Positions 14,809 through 15,489 of a stretch of 15,489 nt of DNA are shown piece by piece (position 1 is the first letter of the stretch; each line of letters starts with the position of its first letter). The notes below the pieces were generated by a model. The model did no database searches. It was not told the origin of the DNA and saw only the letters and a program-made list of their open reading frames with translations. Position numbers and translations under genes: made by a program. Source of the DNA: a virus; UHGV virus genome UHGV-0097030; one strand, 5' to 3'.

Positions 14809-14844
14809 TGACTCAACGATGGATAAATGCACTCGTTAAATAAA

Positions 14845-14873
14845 GCCCTGAGTTAATAGCTCGGGGCTTTTTG
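14845..14873 (+). terminator. Intrinsic terminator close to PR' (tR'-equivalent)
   Basis: Hairpin GCCCTGAG-ttaatag-CTCGGGGC followed by TTTTTG, about 35-60 nt downstream of the predicted PR' start. Confidence 0.65.
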
Positions 14874-15172
14874 CGTTTTAAGCACGACCTTTCTGAAAGC
14901 GCATCAAACCAAATACCAGACAGACCAAAATAATCACCTTATCCGCTGTGGCTACGGTGCGGTGTGCTTTGCATAAAAGAAAACCAGCGCAATGGCTGGC
15001 TTCGTGAAAGCGGGTGGCAAGAGGTTGCACTAACAACCTCATGCCGTTTTGCCCGTGCATATCGGTCACGAACAAATCTGATTACTAAACACAGTAGCCT
15101 GGATTTGTTCTATCAGTAATCGACCTTATTCCTAATTAAATAGAGCAAATCCCCTCAATGAAGGGGTAGAGC

Positions 15173-15376
15173 ATGTACCGTATGGACAAAATCAGAGAAT
15201 GGTTCAGTTACAGCTTCGGAGGACTGACTGCGATGGGTGGCATTCTCTCCCTGAATGACTGGGCTGTCATCATTGGTATTCTTTGTACTGTCGGCACATT
15301 TGGCATCAACTGGTACTACAAGCGCAAAGAGCGCGAGGACAGATTGAATGGCAATGTCACCGGCACTACGAAATAG
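15173..15376 (+). CDS. Holin (pinholin-like, two TM segments, dual-start motif)
   Basis: 67 aa. Preceded by a lambda-like late leader and SD AAGGGG. Begins MYRM (Met1 and Met4). TM1 is Gly/Ala/Ser-rich ([17 protein letters not shown]); TM2 is hydrophobic; charged C-terminus KRKEREDR. Confidence 0.65.
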   Translation: MYRMDKIREWFSYSFGGLTAMGGILSLNDWAVIIGILCTVGTFGINWYYKRKEREDRLNGNVTGTTK

Positions 15377-15489
15377 CGTAATAGCGGCGATAAGTGGCGG
15401 GGCTATTGCTATAGCATCTGTGTTAATCACTGGGCCAAGTGGTAACGATGGTCTGGAAGGTGTCAGCTACATACCATACAAAGATATTG
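15348..15489 (+). CDS. SAR endolysin (phage 21 R-like), 5' partial, runs off window end
   Basis: Hand translation from ATG 15348 (or 15354): [47 protein letters not shown]. Matches the phage 21 R21 N-terminus ([45 protein letters not shown]...) as recalled. Overlaps the holin 3' end. Confidence 0.7.
   Translation, partial: MAMSPALRNSVIAAISGGAIAIASVLITGPSGNDGLEGVSYIPYKDI

Larger units (their letters stand above)
1..15489. mobile_element. Lambdoid prophage segment: early-left accessory and recombination genes, immunity region, replication, nin region, Q and start of lysis cassette
   Basis: Gene order and orientation match the lambda early region (N, nutL, PL, cI, PR, cro, nutR, cII, replication, nin, Q, PR', holin/endolysin). 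Several proteins are recognisable as lambda/P22 homologs from memory. No integrase or att site lies in the window. Confidence 0.9.

Noticed and set aside
14878-15075. 65-aa minus-strand ORF in the late leader
   Set aside because: It lies antisense in the lambda-like late leader between the PR'-proximal terminator and the holin gene, with no RBS.
15155-15430. 91-aa minus-strand ORF antisense to the holin and endolysin start
   Set aside because: It overlaps the well-supported holin and SAR-endolysin start on the opposite strand.
1-15489. Searched by eye for tRNA genes, integrase/att sites, CRISPR arrays and insertion-sequence terminal inverted repeats
   Set aside because: None found. The window covers only the early and late-control region of the prophage, so integrase and att sites are expected to lie outside it.

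Overview
This window is a contiguous piece of a lambdoid (lambda/P22-like) enterobacterial prophage, read by eye from the sequence and the ORF track; no searches were run. Genes on the minus strand (1-7300) form the early-left operon: accessory genes (Lar-like, Ead/Ea22-like), a recombination module (Erf plus an SSB with an acidic DDSIPF tail), cIII-like/kil-position genes, a sieB-position accessory cluster, antiterminator N, nutL, PL/OL and the cI repressor. Genes on the plus strand (7300-15489) form the early-right and late-control region: PR/OR, cro, nutR, cII, an inserted T5orf172/GIY-YIG-like gene, an O-like replication initiator with ori iterons, a DnaC-type helicase loader, the nin region (NinB, an HNH endonuclease, NinE, NinF, YbcO-like, RusA, NinH), Q, PR' with a close terminator, a lambda-like late leader, a dual-start pinholin-like holin and the start of a SAR endolysin. 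I cannot point to a clear multi-gene novel system. The most notable observations are: (1) N carries ATT where lambda has its ATG start codon, inside an otherwise lambda-like ribosome-binding context; (2) an AT-rich T5orf172-domain gene sits between cII and the replication gene; (3) an AT-rich HNH endonuclease lies between a mosaic ninB and ninE; (4) an uncharacterised cluster with a 2-TM membrane protein and its own terminator occupies the sieB/ral position. Comparisons to lambda, P22 and phage 21 are from memory and need alignment to confirm.
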